DNA of 35,054 nt from Sminthopsis crassicaudata (lineage: Eukaryota), in contig NC_133617.1 of the NCBI RefSeq assembly GCF_048593235.1, positions 741,872,958-741,908,011 of the forward strand. The letters run 5' to 3'. The notes below the pieces were generated by a model. It made no database searches. It had not been told where the DNA came from and saw only the letters and a program-made list of their open reading frames with translations. Of the stretch, positions 33,886 through 35,054 are shown piece by piece (within the stretch, counting starts at the first letter, position 1; each line of letters begins with the position of its first letter). A program made the position numbers and the translations under genes.

Positions 33886-34471
33886 GCATCTCCAGTGTTT
33901 AGCACCCTGCCTGGTACAGATAGTCAGTGCTTCACAAATGCTCGTGGACTTGGGGAGATTCCACATCTTCACTCCTGGAAGCAGCCTGGGAAAACAGGAA
34001 AAGGACAAAATCTTCTGAGCCCGGGCAAATGCAGACGCCCAGATTCTACTCTTTTAACGACAAAGGATGCTTATAAATGGCCTCATCTCTCCAGGGACAC
34101 CGCTTTTTCCCGTTTCCTGTTCCATGCACTTATCTGCTTGTATCCACAGGGGGAATTCCCACATCAACAAGTCCTAGATGTGTTGATGTCTTAGGAAAAG
34201 TGTGGTCTCCCGGGGAGATGATACACTCTCCTCAGGGAGGGAGACATTTCCACTTGCATGTTATGTTGTTGCTGCTACTTTGAGCCCTTCCCTATGGAAG
34301 GCTGACAACAGGGCTGCCTTTGAAATGGGGAGGAAAAGATGAATGTATGCGTTTTCTCTCGCATGTCAACTCTCTAAAAAGCCAAGAGTCAGCGGTGTAT
34401 GGAGAGGTCAAAGTACAAAGTCAAAGCTCCTGCTAAAAAAATTGCTGGTAAAAGTCTTTGGAAAAGGCGCC

Positions 34472-34660
34472 GGACTGGTGGTGTAATGGAAAGAACACCG
34501 AGCTGGGTATCTAGAGACCTCCGTCTCGTCCTGGCTCTCCTTCGCTAACTAGCTGTGTGATGTTGGGGAGCAAGCTTAGCCGAGTTTGTTTCTTCTTTGT
34601 ACAATGGAAGGCAGACTAGATGGTCTCTAAGATCTTTCCAGCTAGAAAAATTCTGTAATC
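34472..34660 (+). mobile_element. MIR/MIR3-like SINE
   Basis: ggtggtgtaatggaaagaaca...ctagctgtgtga...gactagatggtctctaagatctttccagct. Confidence 0.65.
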
Positions 34661-35054
34661 ATCGGGCCGAGAACATGAAGGGCCAAGGTACACGGAGGGA
34701 TTTCCCGCTTTCTGTCCCATTACTTCCACTTAACTAATACTCATCCTGCATACCAACTCCCCTAGGAAACCCATGGTTCTTAAGGCTTAAATAAGAATCA
34801 GGATTTATGGTTAAATTAACGAAAATAGATAGAATACATACCAGAGCCCCCTCCAAATAATGCCCACTCAAGAATAAGTCTTCCTTTTCAGCCTCATTAG
34901 CTTCAGTGATTTGACAGATTTACACTAGGCAGAAATCCCAAATGAAATCCTGTAGCATGACATTTCATGTATATTTTTTATTGAGATACTTGTGGCCATT
35001 CCTGATATTACTATATTACTTCTGGGCCATGCATCTTCTGGTTCACTTAGGGTT

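Noticed and set aside
1-35054. CRISPR arrays, tRNA/rRNA genes, prokaryotic operons or intact retroviral/transposase ORFs
   Set aside because: None seen. tRNA-like A/B boxes occur only as SINE heads, and all LINE coding remnants are disrupted.

Overview
This is non-coding, repeat-rich marsupial genomic DNA. WSINE1, MAR1/MIR-type SINEs, RTE, CR1/L3, L2 and marsupial-type L1 point to an Australian marsupial, most likely a dasyurid such as the Tasmanian devil (inference). There are two N gaps. I recognise no host protein-coding gene; the longer ORFs in the track overlap SINEs or LINEs or are low-complexity. Best-supported structures: (1) a minus-strand, 5'-truncated L1 at 355-1186 with a perfect 17-bp TSD and an extra ~230-bp unique segment ending in its own AATAAA and poly(A), i.e. 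a probable 3' transduction; (2) an old plus-strand L1 (~10.9-16.2 kb) hit by a 1.34-kb repeat-free, 3'UTR-like retro-insertion and by two nested L1 3' ends, each with a candidate TSD; (3) an LTR splitting a MIR; (4) a local duplication of an RTE 3' end; (5) an RTE fossil that now looks like a CpG island. Candidate regulatory signals include two tandem CTCF motifs and two enhancer-like segments sharing TTTGTCTTTGTC-N29-ATGGCAAC at identical spacing. I found no evidence for a novel coding system. Repeat family names come from my recall of consensus sequences, not from a database search, and boundaries of old repeats are approximate.
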